This document shows, in pieces, positions 39,816 through 49,039 of a DNA stretch of 64,000 nt. This DNA comes from an uncultured Acidobacteriota bacterium (GTDB lineage: Bacteria > Acidobacteriota > Vicinamibacteria > Vicinamibacterales > UBA8438). The notes beneath the pieces are model-generated. The model made no database searches. It was not told where the DNA came from and was given only the letters and a program-made list of their open reading frames with translations. The stretch is taken from NCBI GenBank assembly GCA_913043225.1, contig CAJWLU010000012.1, positions 1 to 64,000 on the forward strand, given 5' to 3'. The translations under genes and the position numbers were made by a program. Every line of letters begins with the position of its first letter. Position 1 is the stretch's first letter.

Positions 39816-40658
39816 TCAGGGTGCGACCCCGGTCCGCTTCAGGGCCGCGGCCGGGATCGTTGCGTTGAGCGAGCCGCTTCTGTAACCCAGGGGGTCGATC
39901 TCGACACTCGTGAACCCCGTGCGCTGCAGCTGCTGCGTCACGGTGGCCAGGACCTTGGGACTGGATAGCCTGGCGATGGCGTCCGGCTCGACCTCGAGGC
40001 GTGCAGTGGCCCCGTGGTGGCGCACTCGGCACACCCCGAAGCCCAGGTTCCTGAGCACCCGCTCCGATGCGGCCACCTGTTCTAGTCGGTCAGGTGTGAT
40101 CTCGGTCCCGTACGGGAACCGGGACGAGAGACACGCCAGCGCCGGCTTGTCCCAGATAGGCAGTCCAAGCCGGCGCGCAGCCTCTCGAATGTTTGCCTTT
40201 GTGAACCCCAGTTCGTCGAGTGGCGAGCGGACGCCTTGCTCGCGTGCCGCCTGTCGCCCGGGCCGGTGGTCTCCGCGGTCATCACGATTGAAGCCATCGA
40301 GGACGTGAGGGATGCCGAGCCGACGGGCCGCCGCCACGGCCTGTCCGTAGACCTCGACCTTGCAGAAATAGCAGCGGTTGACCGGGTTGGCCCTGTAGCG
40401 AGCGTCGTCCAGCTCGTCGGTGTCGATGAGTAGGTGACGGGCGCCGAGTCTTGTGGCGATGCGGGCTGCGCCGTCGCGTTCTTCCGGGGCGAGACTAGGA
40501 GACACCGCGGTCAGACCAAGCGCGTCTGGGCCCAGGGCGGCCACCGTTTCAGCCAGAAGGTAGCCAGAGTCGACGCCGCCAGAGAAACAAACCACGGCCT
40601 GGCCAAGCTCACCGAGGCGCTGGCGTAGCTCGGCGATCCGATGATCGAGACTCGACAT
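39816..40658 (-). CDS. larE: ATP-dependent sulfur transferase LarE
   Basis: SGGVDS PP-loop, RCYFCK, DHRPG, WDKPALACLSSRFPYG, GYRSGSLN. Confidence 0.93.
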   Translation of the reverse strand: MSSLDHRIAELRQRLGELGQAVVCFSGGVDSGYLLAETVAALGPDALGLTAVSPSLAPEERDGAARIATRLGARHLLIDTDELDDARYRANPVNRCYFCKVEVYGQAVAAARRLGIPHVLDGFNRDDRGDHRPGRQAAREQGVRSPLDELGFTKANIREAARRLGLPIWDKPALACLSSRFPYGTEITPDRLEQVAASERVLRNLGFGVCRVRHHGATARLEVEPDAIARLSSPKVLATVTQQLQRTGFTSVEIDPLGYRSGSLNATIPAAALKRTGVAP

Positions 40659-40731
40659 ACAATGGCGCCCGAGGCGGTTCGAGCTCCCAGTATAGCCCGG
40701 TGCGGGCAGGGCGTCGGGCGCCCTGCCCGCC

Positions 40732-41361
40732 ATGCTTCCGGACACCACCGTCTCGCTGCTCCTGACGAGTGCCGCCGGTCTCGCGACCGTCCACACCCTG
40801 ATCGGGATCGACCATTCCCTGCCGTTCGTGGCTGTCGGTCGCGCCCGCGGTTGGACCTTGTGCCGGACCCTCTGGGTGACCGCGCTTTGTGGTCTGGTAC
40901 ATGTCGCCTCGTCGGTCGCCATCGGCGGTATCGGCATCGGGCTTGGCGTGGCGCTCGACCAGCTCTCCTGGCTCGAATCAAGTCGCGGCCGGTTGGCCGC
41001 TTGGCTCATGATGGGCTTTGGACTGGCGTACGCCGCCTGGGCGCTTTGGCGAGGTGAACGCAGCCATGCGCACAGCCCGCGGACCACGACCTGGGCGCTC
41101 TTCCTGATCTTTGCCTTTGGCCCGTGCGAGGCGCTAATTCCCTTGATGATGGTTCCCGCTGCGGAAGGGGCGTGGCTGGTGCTTGGCGCGGTGGTGGTCG
41201 TTTTTGGCGTCTGCACCATCGGCGCGATGCTCGTAGCCGTAGCTCTCGGCTACGCCGGGGTAGGTTGGGCCCCGATCCCCTACCTGCAGGCCAGAGCCGA
41301 TTTGGTGGCGGGGCTCGCCGTCGCGGCCAGCGGCGCCGGTGTGCTGTTCCTCGGCCTTTGA
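40732..41361 (+). CDS. Nickel/cobalt permease-like membrane protein (UreH/NiCoT-related)
   Basis: HTLIGIDHSLPF, GLVHV, HAH loop, GPCEALIP; about 6 TM. Confidence 0.72.
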   Translation: MLPDTTVSLLLTSAAGLATVHTLIGIDHSLPFVAVGRARGWTLCRTLWVTALCGLVHVASSVAIGGIGIGLGVALDQLSWLESSRGRLAAWLMMGFGLAYAAWALWRGERSHAHSPRTTTWALFLIFAFGPCEALIPLMMVPAAEGAWLVLGAVVVVFGVCTIGAMLVAVALGYAGVGWAPIPYLQARADLVAGLAVAASGAGVLFLGL

Positions 41362-41425
41362 TCAGGCCGTTCCGCTACCACTTGGGGAGCATGGCTCTCA
41401 ATGTCCAAGATGTCGTGGCTACCGC

Positions 41426-41454
41426 TTGACACGGGCGCTCCCTCCGGCCATAGT
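41426..41454 (+). promoter_or_regulatory. Sigma70 promoter
   Basis: TTGACA-N17-CATAGT. Confidence 0.65.
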
Positions 41455-41564
41455 TGGCGGGCGGTGCCGGGGCTCGAAGTTGCGCCGCTCGACCTGTGTG
41501 CCGTGTGCCCAGACACGGCGGGAGTGGGTAAGCTGTCCGACCGGCGGCGCGCCCTGCGAGCCTC

Positions 41565-41741
41565 ATGACCCCGACCGAATACCGCGAGTTGCGTCGTCGT
41601 TTACTGCGTGAGCGTCAGCTCGGCCTGCTGGCGGTGGAGCAGCTCACCGACTCCGCGCTAAGTGCGTCCCAGCGTAGCGAGCCGGAGCCAGCGAAGCCGT
41701 CCAACCTGGCCCCGGTCGAACCGATCAAAGTCGGGGCGTAG
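41565..41741 (+). CDS. Unannotated 58-aa small protein
   Basis: MTPTEYRELRRRLLRERQLGLLAVEQLTDSAL...KVGA downstream of a near-consensus promoter; below ORF-track cutoff. Confidence 0.45.
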   Translation: MTPTEYRELRRRLLRERQLGLLAVEQLTDSALSASQRSEPEPAKPSNLAPVEPIKVGA

Positions 41742-41802
41742 CCACGACCTTCCTGTCTTGCGGTGCTTTCGAGGCTATAATCGGCCTCTCAAAGCCATTC
41801 CC

Positions 41803-42249
41803 ATGGGTAGCTGTATTGACGGGCGCGACACCATCGTCGTCGAACCCTCTCTTGTGTGCGCTTAGCCCCAGCAGACCAAATCGGGGTTGCTGGTTCCGCG
41901 GTGGTCGATTCTCGGCGGGTTTGTCGAGACCGTGGCCACCATGACCGGTGTGACCGTCGCTGAGCTCGAGCCGTTAACCATGCTCTGTATCCAGACGAAG
42001 AGCACGTTCTGCGAGGTGACCGTGCCACGGTCGCCACTGGCCCGGGTGCTCGTACGCGGTGGGCGGTTCTTCACAGAACTTGCTGAGGCCAGGTTCGGAG
42101 GATCGAGCTTCGTCGGCAGCTGCGTCAAGCTGACCTGGTCAGGCGTCTGGCCGCATCTCGAGTTGCATGCTCTCGATGAGTGGATCGTCACCTCGCGGGT
42201 GCAGTCCATCTCCATTCTCAGCATCACGGCTGCGTACGGGCACGTCTAG
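41803..42249 (+). pseudogene. Hypothetical beta-rich protein, possibly interrupted by in-frame TAG
   Basis: TATAAT 41776-41781, ATG 41803, TAG 41863-41865, then the same frame continues to VRGGRFF...TSRVQSI. Confidence 0.45.
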
Positions 42250-42276
42250 TCGCGCTGTTCGAATCGGTCACGCACG

Positions 42277-43224
42277 TTGGTCTACGATATCGCCTTCATC
42301 CTTGTCGGTTTGTTGCTCGTCGCAAAGGGCGGCGACCTGTTCGTGGAAGCCAGCGTCTACATGGGGCAATTGTTCCGCATTCCCAGGTTCGTCATTGGTG
42401 GCACCCTGGTCAGCCTGGCGACCACCATGCCGGAGCTGGCAGTTTCGACGATCGCCAGTAGCGCCGGCGACTCGGGTCTCGCGCTTGGGAACGCGGTCGG
42501 ATCCTGCGTGTGCAACATCGGCCTGATCGTGGGGACGGTGGCGCTGCTGACGCCAGTGGAGGTGGAACGACGTGAGCTGCTACGCCGAGCCGCGTGGATG
42601 GTCTCGGCCGGTGCACTAGTGGTGGTCTTTACTCTGGATCGGACGCTCAGCCGTCCACTCGGCGCGGTGCTGCTGGCGCTGGCCTTCGCCTACCTGACCT
42701 GGGATTACCTGTCCATCCGGATGCTCCGCCGAGACGAGTCGACCGACAAGGTGGTGGCGGATTCGGCGGCGTTGCTCCGGCGGTTCGGCCAGTTCGTGTT
42801 GGGGGCGGTCCTCATCCTTCTAGGCAGTAACCTGCTCGTCGACTCGGGTTCCGGTCTGGCGCAGGCGCTGGGCGTGCCCTCGGTCATCATCGGTTTGTCG
42901 GTGGTCGCCATCGGTACATCGTTGCCGGAGTTGGTCACCGGTGTGGCCGCGGCGCGGAAGGGCGTGCCCGATCTGTCACTTGGGAACATCATCGGAGCTA
43001 ACACCCTGAACCTCTACCTGATCGTCGGGCTGTCGGGCGTGATTCGGCCACTAACAATCGATCCGTTCGCCCAGGTCTACTCGTTCGGCTGGCTGGGGCT
43101 GTTCTTTGCCGCGTTGCTCGGGCTCGCGGTGCGCACCGGTCGCTTCCACCTGCGTGGCGGGGCGCTGCTGCTGGGCCTCTGGATGACGTACGTCGCCGGG
43201 CTGGCCGTCGTGGCCCTGACTTAG
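42277..43224 (+). CDS. Calcium/sodium antiporter (YrbG family)
   Basis: Two alpha repeats ATTMPEL/GNAVGS and GTSLPEL/GNIIGAN. Confidence 0.93.
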   Translation: MVYDIAFILVGLLLVAKGGDLFVEASVYMGQLFRIPRFVIGGTLVSLATTMPELAVSTIASSAGDSGLALGNAVGSCVCNIGLIVGTVALLTPVEVERRELLRRAAWMVSAGALVVVFTLDRTLSRPLGAVLLALAFAYLTWDYLSIRMLRRDESTDKVVADSAALLRRFGQFVLGAVLILLGSNLLVDSGSGLAQALGVPSVIIGLSVVAIGTSLPELVTGVAAARKGVPDLSLGNIIGANTLNLYLIVGLSGVIRPLTIDPFAQVYSFGWLGLFFAALLGLAVRTGRFHLRGGALLLGLWMTYVAGLAVVALT

Positions 43225-43356
43225 TGGTTCGGCCAGGCCGGGCTAGTGGGTTGGCCAAAGGCAGTTACGGGGAATTACCCCACGACCATTGAGAAGATCA
43301 CGAGGGTACGCAGAGCTCGTTTCTCCGGCGCTGTCGGGGTGGTGCTTCGTCGCCGG

Positions 43357-44958
43357 CTATTCCGACGCTGGGGCGAGACTTCGCACAACTGGATAGGTGC
43401 CGTTCACCGAGATCTGGTCGTCGAGAAGGTTCCAGGTCACGAGCCCGTCATCCGACCGAGGTTCGAGCAGTGAGAATAGCAGCCGGCCGGCCGGCTGGTC
43501 TGTGGAGAGCACGAGCGTTCCGGCGGGAAGCCGGAGCTCGGTTGGTGTCCAGGCGCCTTCCACGGTGCGGATCCGGTGCCCCTCGAACTGTTGCTCGGCG
43601 GTCTGCGATGCGGTCACCGTAAAGTGCTCTCCCTCGATCGCCGTGTCCGCGCCGAGCTTGGTGCCGTCGATCCCGTGGGCCGCTAGCAGGTCGACGACGC
43701 GCGTGAGCTCAGCCGGGACGTAGTAGGTTGCTGGCGCCGTCTCGGTTTCGGCCGCATTAAATGCGATGTAGACGTCCATCTCGGTTGGTTCGGCGACGTC
43801 TAGTCGCCGGCGCATCGTCGCGCGGGTGTAGGGATTGATCACCTCTTCGGTCGCGCCCATCAGGATCGAGACGGGCGCCTCGCTGCGACGTGGCTCGGCA
43901 CGCGTCGCTAGTCGCTGGCCGGCAATCGACGTTTCCGTGGCCTGTTCTACCAGCGTCGCGATCTCGGTCGCCTGACTCGCGGCGAGCTCGAGCGTTGCGT
44001 CGACGAAGGCCCGAGTGACGCGGACCCGTTCCTCGAACGGGGCATAGGCGTACGCCTCGCTCAGCAACGCGATGCGATTGCGGAGCCCGACATAGTTGTT
44101 GTTGAAGCGGGGGCGATGATCGAACGTGCGCCAGCTGCCGTCGGCCCCGTCGCCCCGCACACTGCCGTAGTGATAGCTCTCCCAACCGGTGTCGGCCCGG
44201 ATCGTGTCAGTGATGCCTGGGAGCCAGTTCTCTCGCACCAGCGTGTCGAGCTCTGGATGGGTGTTTGGGTGCAGGGCTGGGGCGTAGGTCAGGTGGTAGC
44301 CGTGCTGGGTGCCGTTGGTGGTGTGGAGATCGATGACCACGTGCGGGTCATAGTCAACGTAGGCGCGCACTAGCGCACGGGCTTCGGGTGACTCCAGCTT
44401 GACATGGTCACGGTTCAGGTCCAGGCCCTGCGCGTTCTCGCGGATACCCATCCCTTGAAGCGGGCCAAGCTGGAAGGGACGATGGTTGCCCATCTGTTCG
44501 TTACCGTCGGCGTTGTACACCGGAGCGATGAGGAGGACCAGCGACGAAAGCCACTCGTCGCGGGCGCCGGAGAGCAGGTCGCGGATCAGCTCGATGAGCG
44601 CTTCCTTGCCACACACCTCCCCCCCGTGGATCGTGGCCTGAAGCCACACCCGGGTCCGGTCGGCGGCCAGGACGGCCGCCGGGCTCGCGTCGGCCACGTC
44701 CCCCACGATCAGGAGCGGCAGCGGCCGGCCCTCGACGGTCGAACCGAAGGTGGTGGCATGGGCGCGTGGCGAGAGGCCGGCGACCCGCTGCATGAGGAAC
44801 ATCACCTCGCCGTAGCCGGTGGTTTGCTCCCAGCCGGTCCGTTCGGCTCGGGAGGTGATCAGTGAGGCGTCGTCGGCCGTCTGAGGGCCCGAGCAGCCGA
44901 GTGAAAGCACGAGTCCGATCGTGCCGAGCCGGATCACCGGCCGTCGTTGTTTCCTCAT
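43357..44958 (-). CDS. M14 zinc carboxypeptidase (lipoprotein)
   Basis: LSLGC lipobox; HGGE, NADG, DLNRD, DLHTTNG. Confidence 0.9.
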   Translation of the reverse strand: MRKQRRPVIRLGTIGLVLSLGCSGPQTADDASLITSRAERTGWEQTTGYGEVMFLMQRVAGLSPRAHATTFGSTVEGRPLPLLIVGDVADASPAAVLAADRTRVWLQATIHGGEVCGKEALIELIRDLLSGARDEWLSSLVLLIAPVYNADGNEQMGNHRPFQLGPLQGMGIRENAQGLDLNRDHVKLESPEARALVRAYVDYDPHVVIDLHTTNGTQHGYHLTYAPALHPNTHPELDTLVRENWLPGITDTIRADTGWESYHYGSVRGDGADGSWRTFDHRPRFNNNYVGLRNRIALLSEAYAYAPFEERVRVTRAFVDATLELAASQATEIATLVEQATETSIAGQRLATRAEPRRSEAPVSILMGATEEVINPYTRATMRRRLDVAEPTEMDVYIAFNAAETETAPATYYVPAELTRVVDLLAAHGIDGTKLGADTAIEGEHFTVTASQTAEQQFEGHRIRTVEGAWTPTELRLPAGTLVLSTDQPAGRLLFSLLEPRSDDGLVTWNLLDDQISVNGTYPVVRSLAPASE

Positions 44959-46076
44959 AGCAGGGCCTCCAGCCGTGCCACCGTTGCGTCGATCTCCGCC
45001 GCCGTGGTCTGGCGGCCCAGGCTGAAGCGGATGGCGCCCCGGCCCAGCTCGGGGTCCAGTCGCATCGCCGTTAGCACCGGAGACATGGTTACCGCGCCGG
45101 TGTGGCACGCCGAGCCGGTTGACGCCGCCACGCCGTCCAGCCGGGCGAGAAGGTCCGGTCCCGACTGCCCGGGAAACGCCACGTTGAGCGTGTTTGGCAG
45201 CCGCCGTTCTGGATGGCCGTTGAGCACCATCCGGTTTCCGAATTGCGTCGCGAGTGCGTCCCAGAACCGATCGCGCAGTGTTCGCAGGTGTTCGTAGCAG
45301 GGGGCGGTCGTGGCTAGACGGCACGCTGCGCCTAGCCCGCTTGCCAGAAGCGCGCTTTCCGTGCCGGCCCGCCGCCCCTGTTCGTGTCCGCCGCCGTCAA
45401 TCAGCGGTGGCAGCGAGATCGCGCGGCGGATGAACAGCGCTCCAACGCCTTTCGGCGCGTACAGCTTGTGTCCGGCCAGACTCAGCAGATCGACGCCAAG
45501 TTCGTCCACACGAGTCGGAATCTTGCCGACCGACTGCGCCGCGTCCGTGTGGCAGAGGGCGCCGTGCGCGTGTGCGATCGCCGCGATTTCAGCGATCGGC
45601 TGGATGGTGCCCACCTCGTTGTTCGCGTGCATGACCGACACGAGCACGGTCTCTGGCGTCAGCGCGGCCTTGATGTCAGCCGGGTCCACCAAGCCGTGGT
45701 GATCGACGCCGACAATGGTCACGCGTGCTCCGAGTTGCTTGAGGTAGCGGCACGGTTCGAGGATGGCCGGATGTTCGATAGCGCTCGTGACCACGTGGGT
45801 GCGCGTCGGGTCGCGGCCGGCGAGCATTCCCTTGATCACATGGTTGTTCGCCTCGCTGCCGCCGCTGGTCAGGACGACCTCGCCTGTCTCACAGCCCAAC
45901 AGTGTGGCGATGTCGGCTCTCGCCGCGTCGACCGCCCCGCGGGCTGGCCGTCCGGCCCAGTGATCGCTGGACGGATTGCCGAAGCCCATGTCCAGTAGGG
46001 GGCGCATGGCGGCCGCCACCTCGGGTGCGATCGGGGTGCTGGCGTTATAGTCGAGGTAGATCTGGGCTGGTGTCAC
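44955..46076 (-). CDS. Cysteine desulfurase IscS/NifS type
   Basis: YLDYNASTP, NNEVG, HTDAAQS, GHKLYAPKG, STGSAC. Confidence 0.95.
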   Translation of the reverse strand: MTPAQIYLDYNASTPIAPEVAAAMRPLLDMGFGNPSSDHWAGRPARGAVDAARADIATLLGCETGEVVLTSGGSEANNHVIKGMLAGRDPTRTHVVTSAIEHPAILEPCRYLKQLGARVTIVGVDHHGLVDPADIKAALTPETVLVSVMHANNEVGTIQPIAEIAAIAHAHGALCHTDAAQSVGKIPTRVDELGVDLLSLAGHKLYAPKGVGALFIRRAISLPPLIDGGGHEQGRRAGTESALLASGLGAACRLATTAPCYEHLRTLRDRFWDALATQFGNRMVLNGHPERRLPNTLNVAFPGQSGPDLLARLDGVAASTGSACHTGAVTMSPVLTAMRLDPELGRGAIRFSLGRQTTAAEIDATVARLEALL

Positions 46077-46281
46077 GTGTGCTCCGCGTTCGCGAGTGGG
46101 GAACGTGAGGCCTCCCACCGCCGGTCTACCCGCTGCCGTCGTCGGGCGAATAGACCCGACCGACCGGCGTATCTAACGTCAGAACGGCGTGGTCACCCGG
46201 CGCCTCACCGGCGGACGACGTCCATTCTACGCCCGCACGGCGGAGTAATATGCAGTTGTGTGCCGGTACTCCATAACGTCC

Positions 46282-47754
46282 GTGACTCAGTTCTTTCGCT
46301 CTTACTGCATTCGTCGAGTCTTTCTGGTGGTGCTGCTTGCGTGGGGCGGCGCGACCTTCGCGCTCGCGCAGCCTGACGTCGAACTGCCGGTCAGTAACGA
46401 GATCGACCTCTTCATGGAGCGCGTGCTCGACAACCGCGATGCCGCCTGGCGGCGCCTCGAGGGTTTTCTGCTGCAAGAGGTCGAAACTTTCGAGGTAGAG
46501 GCGCCCCTCGGAGTGCCCCTGTCGGGGTTCCTTCGCGAGTACGAGTGGTATGTCCGTGACGACACTGTGGTGCGTAGCCCCGTGCGGTTCGACGGCGTCG
46601 AGCTCGACGCCGACGCCCGGCGCAGCTATGAAGAGGAGTGGCTGGAGCGCGAGCAACGGGAGCGCGGTCGGCGCGCTGGTCGGCGCCGGGGCATTAGCCG
46701 CCGCAGCCAGGAAGACAATATCCGCATCACGATTGAACGCAGCTGGGGCGGCACGGTCGACGAGACTCTACTGGCGCGGATCGCCGCGGATGCCGATTTC
46801 CTCGGGCACGACCTGGCGGCGGTCGCCCTGAACACTGGAGCCATCCTCGATGCGCTGGGCGGAGTCGAGGCCGTCGGGTTTATCGACGCGGTCGAACAGA
46901 CCCGCCTGCTGTTCGTGATGCTCGACGAGGAGCGGCTGAGCGTCGACGAGGTCGCACGAGCCTTACGCCGTCCCTTGCTGGCATTGGTCGATCAGCTCGA
47001 TCTGGTCGAGGCCGAAGGGGACGACGCGCTTGCCGGGCTGGTCGAACTGGCGACTTTGGCCGAGGCGGCTGGTGTCGACGGACGCCAGGTGGGCACCTAC
47101 CTTGGCCAGGCCGCGGACCGACTCGAAGCCACGCACCCAACGACGGCTCAGGTGCTTGCCTCGCTTCGGGCGGCTCTGCCCGTAGCTGAGTTGGGAGATG
47201 TTGCTGAGGACGCGCTTCCTGGTGTCGAGGAAAGCTTGATCGACGCAGCGCGCATCGAACCTAGCTTCATTTCCGTGCCGGGCTTCATGGAGTTTACCTT
47301 CGAGCCGGGCAACTACTACTTCGCGGGTCGCGAAACGCTGGCTGGACGTGAGGTTGTGCGGGTCGAGTACTACCCGACTGACATGTTCGACGATCGGGTC
47401 GATAATGACCGGTCCGAGCGTGCACGCGAGATCGACGAAGGGTTCAACAAGACTTCGCTGGTGACGCTGTGGATCGATCCGACTCAACATCAAATCGTTA
47501 AGCAGACATTCGACAACACAGGAATGGGTTTTCTGCCGGGCCGTTGGTTGGTCCGGTTCGACGGAATGTCGGCCACCATGGAGATGGGGCAGCCGCTGCG
47601 AGACATCTGGCTCCCTCTTCAGCTGACTGTGGTGGGCGAGGTTTCGACTGCGCTTGGCGATTTCGATGTGCGCTTTACACAGGTGTTCGACGAATACCGC
47701 GAGACGGTGACCGGTGGCCGGCTCATCGATGTCGGGGCGTCCGGTGTTCGCTGA
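46282..47754 (+). CDS. Secreted hypothetical protein (start uncertain)
   Basis: Signal peptide ending ALAQ; beta-rich ends flanking a helical middle; GRETLAGREVVRVEYYP and TLWIDP resemble LolA-like folds. Confidence 0.7.
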   Translation: MTQFFRSYCIRRVFLVVLLAWGGATFALAQPDVELPVSNEIDLFMERVLDNRDAAWRRLEGFLLQEVETFEVEAPLGVPLSGFLREYEWYVRDDTVVRSPVRFDGVELDADARRSYEEEWLEREQRERGRRAGRRRGISRRSQEDNIRITIERSWGGTVDETLLARIAADADFLGHDLAAVALNTGAILDALGGVEAVGFIDAVEQTRLLFVMLDEERLSVDEVARALRRPLLALVDQLDLVEAEGDDALAGLVELATLAEAAGVDGRQVGTYLGQAADRLEATHPTTAQVLASLRAALPVAELGDVAEDALPGVEESLIDAARIEPSFISVPGFMEFTFEPGNYYFAGRETLAGREVVRVEYYPTDMFDDRVDNDRSERAREIDEGFNKTSLVTLWIDPTQHQIVKQTFDNTGMGFLPGRWLVRFDGMSATMEMGQPLRDIWLPLQLTVVGEVSTALGDFDVRFTQVFDEYRETVTGGRLIDVGASGVR

Positions 47755-49021
47755 ACGGTTCTGGCGACACATCCTGACCCGTGCCGCCCTCGGCTGCGCG
47801 CTAAGCGGCGGCGTGGCCTTCGCCCAGCCGTCGGCAGGAACCGAGGTGGTCACCGAGCTTCGGGTGCACGGTAACTACTCCATCGAGGATACCGAGATCC
47901 TCGCGCTGGCCGCGATCGCTGTGGGTGATCGGCTCGAGCCTGGGAGCGAGACGGCGATCGTCGAGCGTCTCCAGGCGAGCGGCTGGTTCGACCAGGTAGA
48001 GGTACGGAAGCGTTATACGTCACTTAGTCAGAGCGACCGGATCGCGCTGATCCTGCTCGTGACCGAACGCCCCGCGGCCAGCGTGGCCAATCCGGTCTTG
48101 CGGACGCTGGCCCGTGTGTCCCAACAGGCGCTGTTCCTACCCGTCCTGCGTTATGACGAGGGGCTAGGCATGACCTACGGCGCACGGTTCCGCCTCGTCG
48201 ACGTGCTGGGCGAGGGAGGGACCGTAGCGATCCCGTTGACGGTTGGCGGCCGCAGGGAAGCGGCGCTGGAGGTGGAGAAAGAGCTGGACCGAGGACTGCT
48301 CGACCGATTGCGCGCGGGTGTTTCGTTCGCCCGACAGGAGAACCAGCACTTCCGTCTCGACGATCGACGGAATGAGGTCTGGGTGGGCGCCGACCGCACG
48401 CTGTTCCCGTTCGTTCGCGTCTCGGCTGATGCGCGCTGGAGCGACATCGACTTCGGCGGCGTCGATGACCAGGCCACTACCTACCGAGCTGGGGTCGAGC
48501 TAGACACGCGACGTAATCCAGGGTTCCCGCGTGACGCGGTCTATGTACGGGCAGGGTGGAGTTGGCTCGATAGCCTGGCCGCACCGGCCGTGATCGACCG
48601 GCCAGAGCTGGACGCCCGCGGGTATTTGGCGCTGGTCGGACAGAGCGTGCTCGCCCTTCGGGCGCAGTATGTAGGGGCGAGTGCCGGGCTGCCTGGCTAC
48701 GCCCAGCCGCTGCTCGGCGGCGTTGGGTCGGTGCGGGGCCACAGCGTCGGCGCGCGCGCCGGCAACCGGCTCGCGGTTGGTTCTCTTGAACTCCGTGTGC
48801 CGATTAGCTCGCCGTTCAGCTTTGGTCGGGCCGGGCTGCGCGCGTTTGTCGACACCGGTGCGGTGTTCGGCGTCGACCAGTCGATTCGCAAGGCGCGATT
48901 CAGTCGCGGTGTGGGCGGGGGGCTCTTTCTGAGCGCCGCGATTTTCACGTTGCAGATCGACGTGGCGCACAACACCGTGAGCCGCGCTCGCGTCCACGTG
49001 TCGACCAGCGTCAGCTTCTGA
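47744..49021 (+). CDS. Omp85/BamA-TamA family outer-membrane protein with one POTRA
   Basis: POTRA (VHGN...RLQASGWFDQVEV), LGGVGSVRGH loop-6 motif, C-terminal Phe. Confidence 0.85.
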   Translation: MFAERFWRHILTRAALGCALSGGVAFAQPSAGTEVVTELRVHGNYSIEDTEILALAAIAVGDRLEPGSETAIVERLQASGWFDQVEVRKRYTSLSQSDRIALILLVTERPAASVANPVLRTLARVSQQALFLPVLRYDEGLGMTYGARFRLVDVLGEGGTVAIPLTVGGRREAALEVEKELDRGLLDRLRAGVSFARQENQHFRLDDRRNEVWVGADRTLFPFVRVSADARWSDIDFGGVDDQATTYRAGVELDTRRNPGFPRDAVYVRAGWSWLDSLAAPAVIDRPELDARGYLALVGQSVLALRAQYVGASAGLPGYAQPLLGGVGSVRGHSVGARAGNRLAVGSLELRVPISSPFSFGRAGLRAFVDTGAVFGVDQSIRKARFSRGVGGGLFLSAAIFTLQIDVAHNTVSRARVHVSTSVSF

Positions 49022-49039
49022 CCGAGCGGGGCGGCCTGG

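Noticed and set aside
40659..41219. Apparent N-terminal fusion on LarE (467-aa ORF)
   Set aside because: It is the antisense of the permease gene; LarE starts at 40658.
44959..45324. Apparent N-terminal extension of the M14 peptidase
   Set aside because: Alternative frame of the cysteine desulfurase; a lipoprotein signal starts at 44958.
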